64,000 bases of DNA. Source: Cetorhinus maximus. Taxonomy: Eukaryota. Shown piece by piece: positions 1 to 12,029 of this stretch. Under the pieces are notes generated by a model. That model made no database searches. It saw only the letters and a list, made by a program, of their open reading frames with translations, and was not told the DNA's origin. Numbering within the stretch: the first letter of the stretch is position 1; each line of letters begins with the position of its first letter. The translations under genes were made by a program, and so were the position numbers. Location of the stretch: NCBI RefSeq assembly GCF_964194155.1, contig NC_135883.1, forward strand, positions 52,328,001 to 52,392,000, written 5' to 3'.

Positions 1-427
1 TTAAGTTTAGAGTAAATGAAAGAGGTCATGTGACCTGTTCTGCGGTTTGCCTGACAGTAAGCCTGGGTGGTTTATTATATTGTTAGAGATCAAAGGAAGA
101 CTTAAATTGTTTTACTGAGAAGATAGTTGGAGATGTGGCAGCAGTCTGAGTTTGCAAAGATAGACACCGAGTCTCCCAAAGTCCCAGAAAGTTGCTATAG
201 GTATCTGGCTGTAAACAGTTGTACTGTATACTATCATTCACTTCTAGGATGAAAGGGAGTTGGGATAAAATATAGCTGATCAGCATTTCTACCTGGATAC
301 AAGGCTAATGTGTTTCACATTGTCGTGGGGAAGAGGGCAGAGAAAGCCATTTTTAAGATCAGGTGACAGGCTGCTCTAGGCATCAAGGAATGTCACAGAC
401 AGACAGCAACAGTTCTGTGTGAAATAA

Positions 428-986
428 TAAAAACAGAAAAAGCTGGAACAACTCAGCAGGTCTGACAGCTTCTATGGAGAGAGAAACAGAGTTAACATTG
501 AGTCCATATGACTTCTTCAGAGCTGGAGAGAAGTGGAAATGTGATGGATTTTATATTGTTTGAGAGGGGGTGGAGCAAGGTAGAAGGTCAGGGGCAAGTG
601 GGAGCTAAGGAGAGATTGACAAAAATGTCATGGACAAAAGACAAAGGGAATGTTAATGGTAGTGGTAAAGACGAAAGAAGGTGCTGATAGTGGCATAAAG
701 GTAGGAAAGGAGAATGTGTTAATTGCAGAGCAAGAGTCAGCACTCTGTGAAAGCACAACATAGAAACAAGTGGCTCTGTGTTGGTGGGCCCAGGGTGGAG
801 TTGGGGAAGAAGAATAAAAATAAAGAAATCAATGAAAAGAAAACATTTGGATTAAAAAGGGGGCAAAGATGGAGGGGAGAGCTCATGGTCTAAAGTTGTT
901 GAACTCAGTGTTAAGCCCAGAAGGCTGTAAAGTGCCTAATCGGAAGTTGAGATGTTGTTCCTCCAGTTCATATTGGGCTTCACTGG
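428..986 (-). mobile_element. Penelope-like element, 3' fragment (GIY-YIG C-terminus, 3' UTR/pLTR)
   Basis: Minus ORF ends ...LEEQHLNFRLGTLQPSGLNTEFNNF, the PLE GIY-YIG C-terminus; terminal sequence resembles the larger PLE at 48390-50925. Confidence 0.85.
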
Positions 987-1013
987 AGGAGTTGGGGGTG
1001 ACGGAGGAGTGGA

Positions 1014-1635
1014 CCCCCAACTCCTCATCCCCTTCCCACAGCACCTTCCCATGCAATCGCAGAAGATGCAACATCAGCCCCTTTACCTCCTCCCTCCTCA
1101 GTGTTCAAGGCCCAAAACACTCCTTTCAGGTGCAGCAGTGCTTCACTTGCACCTCCTTCAATTTGGTCTATTGCATTTGCTGCTCCCAATGCATTCTCCT
1201 CTGCACTGGGGACTAAACGTAGACTGGGTGACTGCTTTGCGGAACACTTTCACTCAGTCCTTAAGCATGACCTAGACATCCCAGTCGCTTGCCATTTCAA
1301 CACACACCATCTTGCTGTCATGTCCACATGTACGTCCTTCCCCAACCTCACCTCCCCACAGGGTCATCTGTCGCTTATTTCTTTGTTGTGCTTTCACAGA
1401 GCACTGACCCTTATTCTCCAATTAACACATCCTGCTTTCTTAACTTTATGCTACAATCAGCACCTTCTTTAGTCTTTACCACTGCCATTAACATTCCCCT
1501 TGTCTTGTATCTATGACATCTTTGTCAATCTCTCCCTGGCTGTCACCTATCCCTGTCATTCTACCTTGCTGCACCTGCTCCACCCCCTCTTAAACAGTAT
1601 AAAATCCATCACATTTCTTCTTCTCTTTAGCTCTG
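1014..1635 (+). mobile_element. Penelope-like element, 3' fragment (GIY-YIG), inverted relative to 428-986
   Basis: Encodes FQVQQCFTCTSFNLVYCICCSQC and TKRRLGDCFAEH across frameshifts; its 3' UTR is the approximate reverse complement of 517-770. Confidence 0.85.
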
Positions 1636-2588
1636 GGCCGACACACCACACTCTAACACCAGGTGACAGATGCCACCTCAGCCAGATGCAATGGATCTCT
1701 CCTCAACTTCCCCCAGATGTTTCTCTCACTGTGAGCCAACCAGTCTTGCTGAACTCTGTTTTTCACATGAGGGCTTCTGATCTCCACTTTCCAAGAACTC
1801 ACCTTGAAATCTTCTCCCAACTGACTTTTTCTTTCAGATGCTTTCCGCAAGGGTTCACCTCCAGGGTTTTGAACTCTCCTTCTGATGTTCTTCTCCCCTG
1901 GGTCACCACATGCATTCAAGCTGCCTTCCACACACACTCTCTCATTGACTCAGCCGATAATAGTACACTGGTTCACATGCCCATAGCAAAGAGTTACAGA
2001 ACTTCAGTTGTCTCTTTGTACCTTTTTCCCTCTTGCAAGCTGTTCTCACTTTAAACCTGCTTTCTGCAGCTTTTGTTTCTTTAAATCTGAAGCTTGGAGC
2101 CTTTCTCTCTGCCCCTCACTCTTAACTTCACTTGAAGGACCTTTTCCAGGTTCCTGTCCTTCCTTTGACAAAAGATCTGCTTGGGACTTACCCCAAATCC
2201 AGGGGAACAGGGGAATTTTCATTAGCTTGGGCTTGCTATCTGTCCCTTTTGCTCCAGTTTCTTTCTGGCAGCTACTCAGCTGAACTCAAACAGCTTCCAG
2301 AATCAAACTGCTGTTTCTCTTTTCCTGTGTGCGTCTGTGGGAGGGACCTGCCTCTCTGGGCCCCTGTTGCTAGGCAACAGCACTTTTTTTCTACTCTTGT
2401 TTGTTTAACTTAGCTTACAGTCGTAAAACTCTCATGAGAAATGCAAGTACCTTTAAAGTGAAACAAACTTAACTTGACCTCAACACACGTACAGAAAAAC
2501 AATCAAACTTAAACATTAAAGCTAAAACTCATTCCTAACGCCTACAAATACCAATATAACGTACCTAAACTATCTCTATTTCCCAACA
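1636..2588 (-). mobile_element. Partial LTR-like element
   Basis: Ends in ...TCCCAACA (TG start on the minus strand); 1640-1830 resembles the reverse complement of 45680-45870 in the TG...CA element at 45057-46242. Confidence 0.55.
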
Positions 2589-3730
2589 GTACTATGTACA
2601 ATATTGGTTTCCTTATTTAAGGAAATATGTAAATACATTGGAAGTAGTTCAGAAAAGGTTTACCAGATTAATACCCTGAATGGGTGGGCTGTCTTATGAA
2701 GAAAGGCTGGACAGGCAAAGCTTGTATCCATTGGAGTTTAGAAGAGTAAGAGGCGACTTGATTGAAGCGTATAAGTTCCTGAGGGGTGTTGACAGGGTGG
2801 ATGTGGAGAGGATGTTCCTTCTTAGTGAGTCTAGAACTAGGGGTCACTGTTTAAAAATAAGGGATCACCCATTTAAGGCAGATGAGGGAAAAAGCTTTTC
2901 TCTTAGGGTTGTGAGACTTTGGAATGCTATTCCACAAAAGGTGGTTGAGACAGAGTCTTGGGGCAGGACTTACCCTCCATTGCGGGAGATGTGCGGGAGC
3001 GGGCGTGGGCAGGCAGGTTCCTGATTGGCACCCCCGGTTGGGGGCACGCCACCATTTTTCATGGGCAGGCCAATTAAGGCTGAGTGCTCCCTGTGCGGGT
3101 GGGGGGGATTCCCTAAGCCGAGTGTGCGCTCTTTCGCACATGCGCATGAAAGAGCGCACTCATCTCCCCGAGGCTAAGTGCTGCCTCAGGCAGATCGTTG
3201 GGAGTTTAAAACATTTTTTCAAGGACACGAAAAATTTTCCTGACATGTTCCCTCGTGTGACATGTCAATTTCTTTTATTTAAACATTTCATACAAATTTT
3301 AAAACCCTCATGAAACCTCATCCTGCCTGTGGATGAGGTTTCATATTTTTTCTGAAGGCCGCCAGGGCTCCCGACCTGCCCTCCAACCTTAAGGTTGGAT
3401 GGGCAGGTCCATTAATTGTTTTAATTACTTTCTTAAAGGCCTTAAGTGGCTGTTGACAGTTCAGCGGGTGCGCAGCCAAGTTGGCTGCGCGCCCGCCGAA
3501 CTGAAAACCTAAATGATGCAGGCTGACGTCGGGACACACACCCCCGCTCGCCGACCAGAAGATGCAGCCCTTTGAATATCTTTAAGGCAGAGGTAGGTAG
3601 ATTCTTGATAAGCAAGGGGGTGAAAGGTTATTGGCAATAGGAAAGAATGTGATATTGAGGTTAAAATTTGATCTTATTGAATGGCAGAGGAGATTTGAGG
3701 GGCTGAGTGGCCTACTCCTCCTAATTCGTA
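2589..3730 (+). mobile_element. CR1 LINE 3' fragment interrupted by a MITE
   Basis: LSYEERLDR..LYPLEFRRVRGDLIEAYK is the CR1 ORF2 C-terminus; CR1 tail GGGGCTGAGTGGCCTACTCCT at about 3700-3720. Confidence 0.9.
2961..3570. mobile_element. PIF/Harbinger-type MITE
   Basis: Termini GGGCAGGACTT...AAGATGCAGCCC, imperfect 3-bp TSD (TTG/TTT); splits a CR1; body shared with copies at 3827, 6060, 41359 and 62292. Confidence 0.8.
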
Positions 3731-3826
3731 AGTGCATTGAAGAATTATCAGAGCAGGCTTTACTGTTGGGGATGAATTTAGGGAACTCTCAGAAAACTGA
3801 GAAAAGCATTTGAAGATGCTCACTTG

Positions 3827-4304
3827 GGGGAGAATTTTCAGGGGTGTGCGGTGGTTGGGCGGGAGTGGGCGCAGGTGAGAATGCAGCTGATTGCCGCCTG
3901 CGATTGGCTGGGTGCTGCCATTTTGCGTGGGCGGGTTAATTAAGGCCCGCCCAGTGTGACGTGCAACCAGAAGCGCTGAGCACTCCCTGTGTGGGCAGGG
4001 GGAAGAGGGAGAGTCAGGGCCTGTGCTCTTATAATAATTATAATAAAATTATAATAAAGAAAAAAAAATTTTTAAGGCATGCCCCCCTCATGTGACAGTG
4101 TCACATGAGCTGGGACATGTCAATGAATTTTAATTAAAAAATTTATTTAATTTATAAACCCTTCGTGAAACCTCATCCCGCCTGCCAAACTGAGACCTGA
4201 ATGATGTGCGGTGACGTCAGGACGCACGCCTGTCCTCACCGCACACCATTTTACGCATCGGTAAGCAGGGCCTGCCCCCACTCGCTGACTCGAAGATTCT
4301 GCCC
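3827..4304. mobile_element. PIF/Harbinger-type MITE, internally deleted
   Basis: TIRs GGGGAGAATTTT / AAGATTCTGCCC with perfect TSD TTG (3824-3826, 4305-4307). Confidence 0.85.
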
Positions 4305-6012
4305 TTGAAGTTATTAGTTGGCTAAAAGGATATATTGGAACCCATTGGAAGCTGCAAGCAAAATGTAGACTATTTAGTACAAGGACTGTAATTCCATGGA
4401 ACGTGTGTTGAGTGCAAAAGGGAATGTTCATCTCTGTAGTTTGAAGTATAAGTTGCCTACAGAAATAAAATAATATTTAGTTAAGAGTGCTTTTATAAAC
4501 AAGGAACAGGAGTACACTATTCGGCCCCTCGAGCCTGCTCTGCCATTTAATAAGATCATGGCTGATCTGATAGTAACCTGAAATCTGCTTTTGCCTATGT
4601 ATGACAGCCTATCACCCCCTTCCTTACCAAGAAACGATCCATATCTACCTTAAAAATAGTCAAAGATCCTGCTTCCACCACCTTTTCAGGAAGAGAGTTC
4701 CAAAGACTTGCGACCATCTGGAAAAAAAAATTTTCGCCTCATCTCCATTATAAATGGGCAATGCCTTATTTTTAAACAGTGACCCCTAGTTCTAGATTCT
4801 GCCACAAGAGGAAACATCATCTCCGCACCTTGTCAAGACCCCTCAGGATCTTGTGTTTCAATCAAATTACCTCTTTACTCTTCTAAACTCCAGTGGATAC
4901 AAGCCTAGCCCTGTCCAACCTTTGATCATAAGACAACCCACCCATTCCAGGTATTAGTCTGGTAAACCTTCTCTGAACTGCTTCCAATGCATTTACATCC
5001 TTCCTTAAATAAGGTGACACAGTACTCCAGATGTGGTCTTACGAGTGCTCTGTATATCTGAAGCATAACCTCCCTACTTTTGTATTCAGTTTCCCTTGCA
5101 ATAACTGATAACATTCTATTAGTTTTCCTAATTACTTGCTGTACCTGCATACTAGCTTTTTGCAATTCATGCACTAAGGCACCCAGATCCTTCTGCATCT
5201 CAGCTCTGCAGTCTCTCACCATTTAGATAATATGTATCTATTTTATTCTTGCAGCCAAAATGGACAATTTCATATTTTCCCACATTATACTCCATTTGCC
5301 AGATCCTTGCCCACTCACTTATCCTATCTATATCTTTTTGTAGCCTCCTTATGTCCTCTTCACAACTTATTTTCCTACCTATCTTTGTGTCATCAGCAAA
5401 TTTGGCAACCATCACATCCATCCTTTCATCCAAGTCATTTATATATAACTTGTAAACAGTTAAGGTCCCAGCACTTATCCCTGTGGCACACCATTCATTA
5501 CATCTTGCAAACCTGAAAGACCCATTATGCCTACTCTTAGCTTCCTGTTAGCAAGCCAATCTTCTTTCCATTGTTATGACGCGACAGATGATGTGTGCCA
5601 GGCGGATCAAATCCACAAGGGAATCTTGATCATGCAGTCACAACAATTTTGCGATTTGTATTTTATTTCGAGATATGTGCCCTGACTTCAGTAGTAATAA
5701 ATCTACCAATACTGTAGAGATTTTTTACAGAACTGAATTAAACATTTATTAACAAAAAAAAATTTCAAGCACATACATGAGTCTACAAATTACTACTATA
5801 ATAACTCTTAAAACCCCTAATTAATCTGGCTTCGAGTTACGCCCCCCCCCCCCCCCCCCCCCCCATTAAGGCAATGGTAAAAAAATCGATTTAAACAGAT
5901 CCAGGCAAGTCAACACAATACCCTGGGCAGTAGAATTCAAAGTGGTTTTTCCCAGCTTTGGTTTCTGTAGACAGCAGCTTAATGCACAAATACTGGAGGC
6001 TTATAACACTTC

Positions 6013-7117
6013 TGGGCCAAGCACAAACTTCGCGCATACGCGCGAGTAAGTGCTTCATAGGGAAGAATTTTCCCCTCATCGGGGGGGGAGGTTCAGGAGC
6101 GGGCACGCCTCCAATCAGCGCCCCTGATTGGGGATATGCCGCCATTTTATGTGGGCAGGCCAATTAAGGCAATGCACTCCCTGTGTGGGCGGTGGGGGGG
6201 GGCTGGTGGGATTCCCTGAGCCAGGAGTGCGCTCTTTCGCGCATGCGCACGAAAGAGTGCACTCATCTCCCTGAGGCTAAGTGCTGCATTGAGTTGGGAC
6301 ATGTCCATCACTTTTAAGTAAACTTCTAATAAATTTTTAAAAACCTACATGAAACCTCATCCCGCCCGTGGATGAGGTTTCATGCTTTTTCTGAAGCCCA
6401 CCAGGGCTCCTGGCCTGCCAACCAACCTTAAGGTTGGACAGGCAGGTTCATTAACTAGTCTAATTACTTTTTAAATGGCCTCAATTAGCTGTTGACAGGT
6501 CGGCAGGCGCACAGCTGATTCAGCTGCGCCCCCGCCGACCTGAAAATTGAAATGACGCGGGGTGACATCGGGAGTTGCACCCGATGTCATCCCGCATCAT
6601 TTTGCGTGTCGGCAAGAGGGCCCCACCCCCCCGCTCACCGACCTCAATATTCTGCCCATAGTCTTTGAGGCACAGAGCTGCTTCCGAGGCGAAGAGATAT
6701 GAAAAAAAATTGAAAAAATTAAAATGTAATGAAACAGGCCCAATCATGCGACTCTGTCACGTGAGCAGGGACGTGTTACTAATGAAAAATTAAAGTGTTT
6801 ATTTTATTTTTATTTGCCTTTGGAAACCTCATCCTGTCTGTGGATGAGGTTTCCAAAGAAATGCAACGGCCTTTTTGCCTGCCCACCAACCATTAGGTTG
6901 GACGGGCAGTGAAAAATTTAAGTTAATTGATGACTTAATGGCCTTAACAGGCCTTTTAATTGTCGGCGGGCGCGCTGCCGGCTCTGGCGAGTGTCCACTG
7001 ACTGAACTATAGCGCGACTGCAAGTTGACGTCAGCACACTTGGCCGGCGTCAACGCGCGTCATTTCATGCTTGAGCAGGTTGGGTGCAGCCCACCTACTG
7101 AGTGAAAATTTCTGCCC
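6013..7117. mobile_element. Harbinger-type MITE (outer; left end missing)
   Basis: Right TIR AAAATTTCTGCCC ends at 7117; carries the family hairpin GGAAACCTCATCC-N7-GGATGAGGTTTCC. Confidence 0.7.
6060..6657. mobile_element. Harbinger-type MITE (inner)
   Basis: TIRs GGGAAGAATTTT / AATATTCTGCCC with perfect TSD ATA (6057-6059, 6658-6660). Confidence 0.88.
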
Positions 7118-7791
7118 ATAGCCTTTTCTCCTGTATACACGTTTCTCTCTTTTAATGCAAATTCCATTTTTCCCATATGTCTTTGGAACTTTACCTTTCT
7201 CATAATATAAATCTTTTCATGGTGCTAATATTATCAGTAACCTTTCGGGGGGGGAAAAAAACATACTGCTTGACCTAGCTTCTCTGGCTAGGTGTAACAT
7301 CCTACCATCTCTTTGAAATTCAAACTAGCCTGATTTATCTACAAGTGCAAATTCTCCTTAACTCACATTCTAAAACTTCAGCCATGTTTATGTATTTAGC
7401 TTATCAAACTTAGCTTTTTTTGATGAGTCAAAGGCCCCAGGCCAACTAAATAATTATACTTTCATGACACCATGCCAATATGTTACCCCCTATACCATGA
7501 GCTTTTATTTTCAACAATAACCTTTGGTGTGGCACTTTATTAAATGCCTTCTGGAAATCTAAGTACAGTACGTCCTCTGATTTCCCTTTATCCACAGTAC
7601 GTTACTTTCTCAAAGAAAAGTTGGTTAAATATGATTTCCCTTTCACAAATCCATGTTGACTCTGCCTAATTACCTTGAACTTATCCAAGTGCCCTGCTAT
7701 AGCTTCTTTAATAATTGCTTCTAACATTTTCCCTATAACAGATGTAAAGCTAACTGGCCTGTAGTTTCCTACTTTCTGTCTCCTTCATTAT

Positions 7792-8125
7792 GGGGAGGCG
7801 GTGGCATAATGGTATTGTCACTGGACTAATATTCCAGAGGCTCAGGGTAATACTTTGGGGACCATCGGCAGATGGCGAAATTTGAATTCAATAAAAATCC
7901 AGAATTATAAGTCTGATGATGACCATGAAACCATTGCTGATTGTTGTAAAAACCCATCTGGTTCACTAATGTCCTTTAGGGAAGGAAATCTGCTGTCCTT
8001 GCCTGGTCTGGCCTACATGTGACTCCAGACCCACAGCAATGTGGTTGACTCTTAACTGCCCTCTGAACAAGGACAACTAGGGATGGGCACTCATGCCTAG
8101 CCAGCCATGAACGAATAATTTTTTT
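7792..8125 (+). mobile_element. tRNA-headed SINE sharing both head and tail with the LINE at 58025-61058
   Basis: A-box-like TGGCATAATGG; body matches the reverse complement of 60820-61058; tail CAACTAGGGATGGGCA..CCAGCCATGAACGAATAA matches the LINE 3' end. Confidence 0.85.
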
Positions 8126-9906
8126 TAAAAATCAAGAAGTGGAGTTAAATTTAATATCTTCTAATCTAATCTCTGCATCTAGGGAGTCTCAGAAAATTAA
8201 TCAACTATCTCACTAACCATTTCTTTTAAGACCCTAGGATGAAGTCCATTAGGACCCGGGCACATGCTCCAACAATTTACTCAGTACCATTTCTCTTGTG
8301 ATTGTAATTTTCCTGAGTCCCTCCCTAGCTTTTGTTTCCTGGTTCTAGGATGTTACTTGTATCTTCTAAAGCAAAGAGTGATGATGAAAGATTTTAAAAT
8401 ATTTATGGAAACTCTTACTATCTGTTCTTATATTTCTGATTAGCTTTCTCTTGTACTCTAATTTTTTCCTCCTCATTAATCTTTTAGTCATCCTTTGCTG
8501 TTATATTCTGTCCAATCTTCTGGCCTTCCACCTATCTTTGCACAATTATATACTTTTTCTTTAAGTTTGATGCTATCTTTAACCCACAGATGGAGTGTCC
8601 TTCCTTTCGACTTTTTCTTACTCGTTGGTATGTATATATTCTGTACATTCTGAAATGTCCCCGTAAATGTTTGCCATTGCATCTCTTTTGATCTATCCCT
8701 TAATCTAACTTGCCAGTTCACTTTAGCCAGCTCTGCTTTCATGCTCTCATAATTGCCCATTAAGTTTGAATACATAGTCTCGGACCCACTCCTCTCCCTC
8801 AAACTGAATGTAAAATTCAATCATATTATGGTTGCTGCTACCCCAGGGTGCCTTCACTATGAGATCATTAATTAATCCCATCCTGTTGCACAATACCAGG
8901 TCTAGTATAGCCTGCTCTCTGGTTGGCTCCAGAACGTGCTGTTCTAAGAAACTATCCCGAAAACATTCTATGAACTTCTTATCCAGGCTACCTTTGCCCA
9001 TTTGACTTATCCAGTCTATATGCAGATTAAAATCTCCCATGGTTATCGCTGCAGCTTCCTGACAAGCTCCCATTATTTCTTCCTTTATGCTCCATCCTAC
9101 CATGTGGTTACTATTAGGGGGCCTGTACACGACTCCCATAAGTGACTTCTTGCCTTTACAATTTCTCATCTCTACCCAAACCGTTTCCACATCCTGGTCT
9201 CCTGGACTTATGTCATTCCCCCTCTATTATGCTAACACCATCATTAACTAACAGAGCCACCTTTTCCTTGCTTCCTGTCCTTCCTAAATGTCCTATACCC
9301 TTTAATATTCAGGTCCCAATCCATGTCCTCCTGCAGCCATGTCTCTGTAATGGCTATCAAATTGTACCTATTTATTTCTGTGCGCTCTCTAAAACAGAAT
9401 GCTTCGTGCATTCAGATTCAGAGCGTTTAATTTCATCCTTTTATTCTTTTTATAACCTCCACCTGTTCTGTTGATTTACTATTAGATTTGTACTCTCTAT
9501 CCCTTCCTGTCACGGTCTGCTTTTCATTTTCCGTAACAATACCTTTCTCTTTTGCCTTGTCCCTACCTTTTGATTTAGCATATCTTCCCAAATTTGTACC
9601 TTTGCCCCCAGTATTAGTTTTAAACCATCTTTACTTCCCTTGTCATGCGGCTCACAAGAGCACCAATCCCAGCATGGTTCAGGTGTAGACCATCCCAACA
9701 GTACAGATCCCACTTTCCCCAGTATTGGTTCCATTGCCCCATGAACCAGAACCCACTTCTCCCACACCAGGCTTTGAACCACGCGTTCATCCCCCTAGTC
9801 TGATTTGCCCTATGCCAATTTGCATGTGGCTCGGATAATGATCCAGAGATTATGACCTTTGAGATTCTGCTTCTCCATTTGGTGTCAAGCTCCTCATACT
9901 GACTAT

Positions 9907-10820
9907 TGTTATGATATGGCAGATGATGTGTGTCAGGCGGACTAAATCCACAAGGGAAACTTGGCCACGCTATCACAACAGTTTTGTAATTTGTATTTAT
10001 TATGAGAACATGTGTACACTCAATTCAGAAGGAATGAGTCCACCAAGATCTCTAGAGATTTTAAAAATTAAATTAAAATGTTTTTAAAAGAAAAGATTTC
10101 AAGCACATACATAAGACTACAATTACTTAATACTATAACAAATGCTAAAATTCCTAATTAACCTGATTCCCCCTTTAAGGCAACAGTCCAAATAGATTTG
10201 AGATTTAAAAAAACCCCAGCAAGTTAACACAGTACCCACTCGACAGTGGAATTACAAATGGCTTCCTCCAAGTTAATTACTGGACACAACAGACTTATGC
10301 ACAAATGGCTGGAGGCTTCTTCAAGGCAACACACTCCTGTTAGATCTTACATGGCCTCCAACATTGCCTTTCATTCTCCTTAATATATGTTTCTCTCTCT
10401 TTAATATGTAAATTCCATTGTTCCATATATCTTTGGAACTGTACCTTTCCCTTAACATAAAAACTTGCATGTTGCCAATATTGTCAGTAACCTTTGGGAA
10501 AAATAAACACACTCCTTAACCTTGCTTATCTGGCTAGTTGTAAACAGACCAACATCCCTTTGAAATCCAAACAATCCCTTCACTTATCTAAAAACGCAAA
10601 TTCTCTTCACACCTTGCATGCTAAGACAGCATCCATGTTTACTCATCAGCATTTCAAGTACATTTCTACACTTAGCTTCTTTTGATAATTTCAAGCTTGC
10701 AGTCTACCTGACTCCAAACGTAATTAAATCACACAGACAGAACTATCTACACTTACACCCATAAATCTACTTTACAACAAACCAGAATAATATTATGAAA
10801 ATTATTATACTTTTCTAACA
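9907..10820 (-). mobile_element. Solo LTR, same family as 5572-7469
   Basis: TGTTATGA...CTAACA termini, 4-bp TSD CTAT/CAAT; interrupts CR1 ORF1. Confidence 0.85.
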
Positions 10821-12029
10821 CAATGCAGAACTTCCTTCTTTGTCCTACCTATGTTGTTGGTACCAACATGGACCACGACAACTGGGTCATCCCCTTCCCA
10901 ATGCAAGTTCCTCCCCAGCCCCTAGCAGATGTCCTGAACCCTGGCATCAGGCAGGCAACACAGCCATTGGGACTCATGCTCTTTGCTGTAGAGAACAGTA
11001 TCAATCCCTCTTTGACTATACTGTCCCCTACTACCACTACATTCCTTGTAACTCCCCTCACTTGAATGGCTTGCTGTCACACTGTGCCATGCCCAGTTAG
11101 CTCATCACCCTGCAGCCCCCATTCTCATCCAAACAAGCTGAAAAAAACTTAAACCTGTTGGACAATTGCAAGGGCTGAGGCTTGTGCACTCCATCCCTCT
11201 GGGTCCCCTTACCTGCCTCATTTGCAGTCACACTCTTCTTTCCCTGACCACTGACCAAACCAGAAGACCCTATCCTAAGGGGTGTGGCTGCCTCCTGGAA
11301 TAAAGTGTCCAAGTAACTTCCCCCTTCCTGATGTGCTGCAGTGTCTGCAGTTCGGCCTCCAGCTCAATAACTCGGAGCCGAAGTTCCTGCAACCGCAAAC
11401 ACTTATTGCAGATGTGTTTGCCCTGGATCCCATGAGTATCCAGAAGGTCCCACACCCTGCAATTGCAGCACATCACCTGCCCTGCCATCTCCAATAGGTG
11501 TTAATTAATTAATAATTGCTAATTAATTATAATTAATAAAGCCTACACCTCCCAATAGGTTTTGGCACTGTCAGTGAACTTTACAATACTGACAAAACAA
11601 TACAGTACATACAATGCTGATTGAACTAATAATACCAGCTAATGGTTTACCTGCTTCTGCTGCACCAAAGTGGAAATCAAATACTGGAGGCTGAAAAGAA
11701 TAGAAGAAAAAATCACCTCTTCCCTGCCCTTCACTGAACTCTCTACTCAGCACACTTCTTGCAGTGAACCTTACTTAAAGCACCTCTTTCCCCTATGCAC
11801 TGAACTCCCACTTTGAACCAAATTCCCAGATATACTCACTCGGTCTCTGCCTCAGTCAGGCCAAAGTTTCCCCTCACTGACCGTGCGCCTCTTACTAACT
11901 TACTCTTAGTCATTTGTTATAATAAAAGTTTTAAAATGTGAAATCATGTGTTATTCTACTTGTGTCTCAACTGGAAGTTCGAATCCCTTTTAAAAGTTAA
12001 TAGGTTTCCATGGGCATCGTATCAAGATA

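Larger units (their letters stand above)
5572..7469 (-). mobile_element. Solo LTR (Gypsy/ERV-like) containing nested MITEs
   Basis: TGTTATGA...TCATGACA termini, perfect 4-bp TSD CCAT (5568-5571, 7470-7473); the CR1 rejoins across it; AATAAA on the minus strand near 5745. Confidence 0.85.
4500..11890 (-). mobile_element. Near full-length decayed CR1 LINE (ORF1 zinc-finger/coiled-coil + SGNH esterase; ORF2 APE+RT) carrying nested insertions
   Basis: Minus ORFs: MCCNCRVW..HICNKCLRLQELRLRVIELEAEL (11270-11494), NVVVVGDSIVK (10849-11061), esterase C-terminal DGLHLN (9510-9976), APE GVVYRPP..MGDFN (8747-9190), RT KFADDTK (5200-5433), VRPHLEYC (4926-5222). Confidence 0.92.

Noticed and set aside
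1-424. Possible LTR fragment, perhaps continued by the LTR-end-like segment at about 11890-12024
   Set aside because: No terminus or TSD is visible in the window and there is no second copy to align, so it cannot be supported.
5842-5864. Poly-C run (also at about 39968-39986)
   Set aside because: Simple homopolymer expansion, the first within an LTR where other copies have a short C run; length may be a sequencing artefact.
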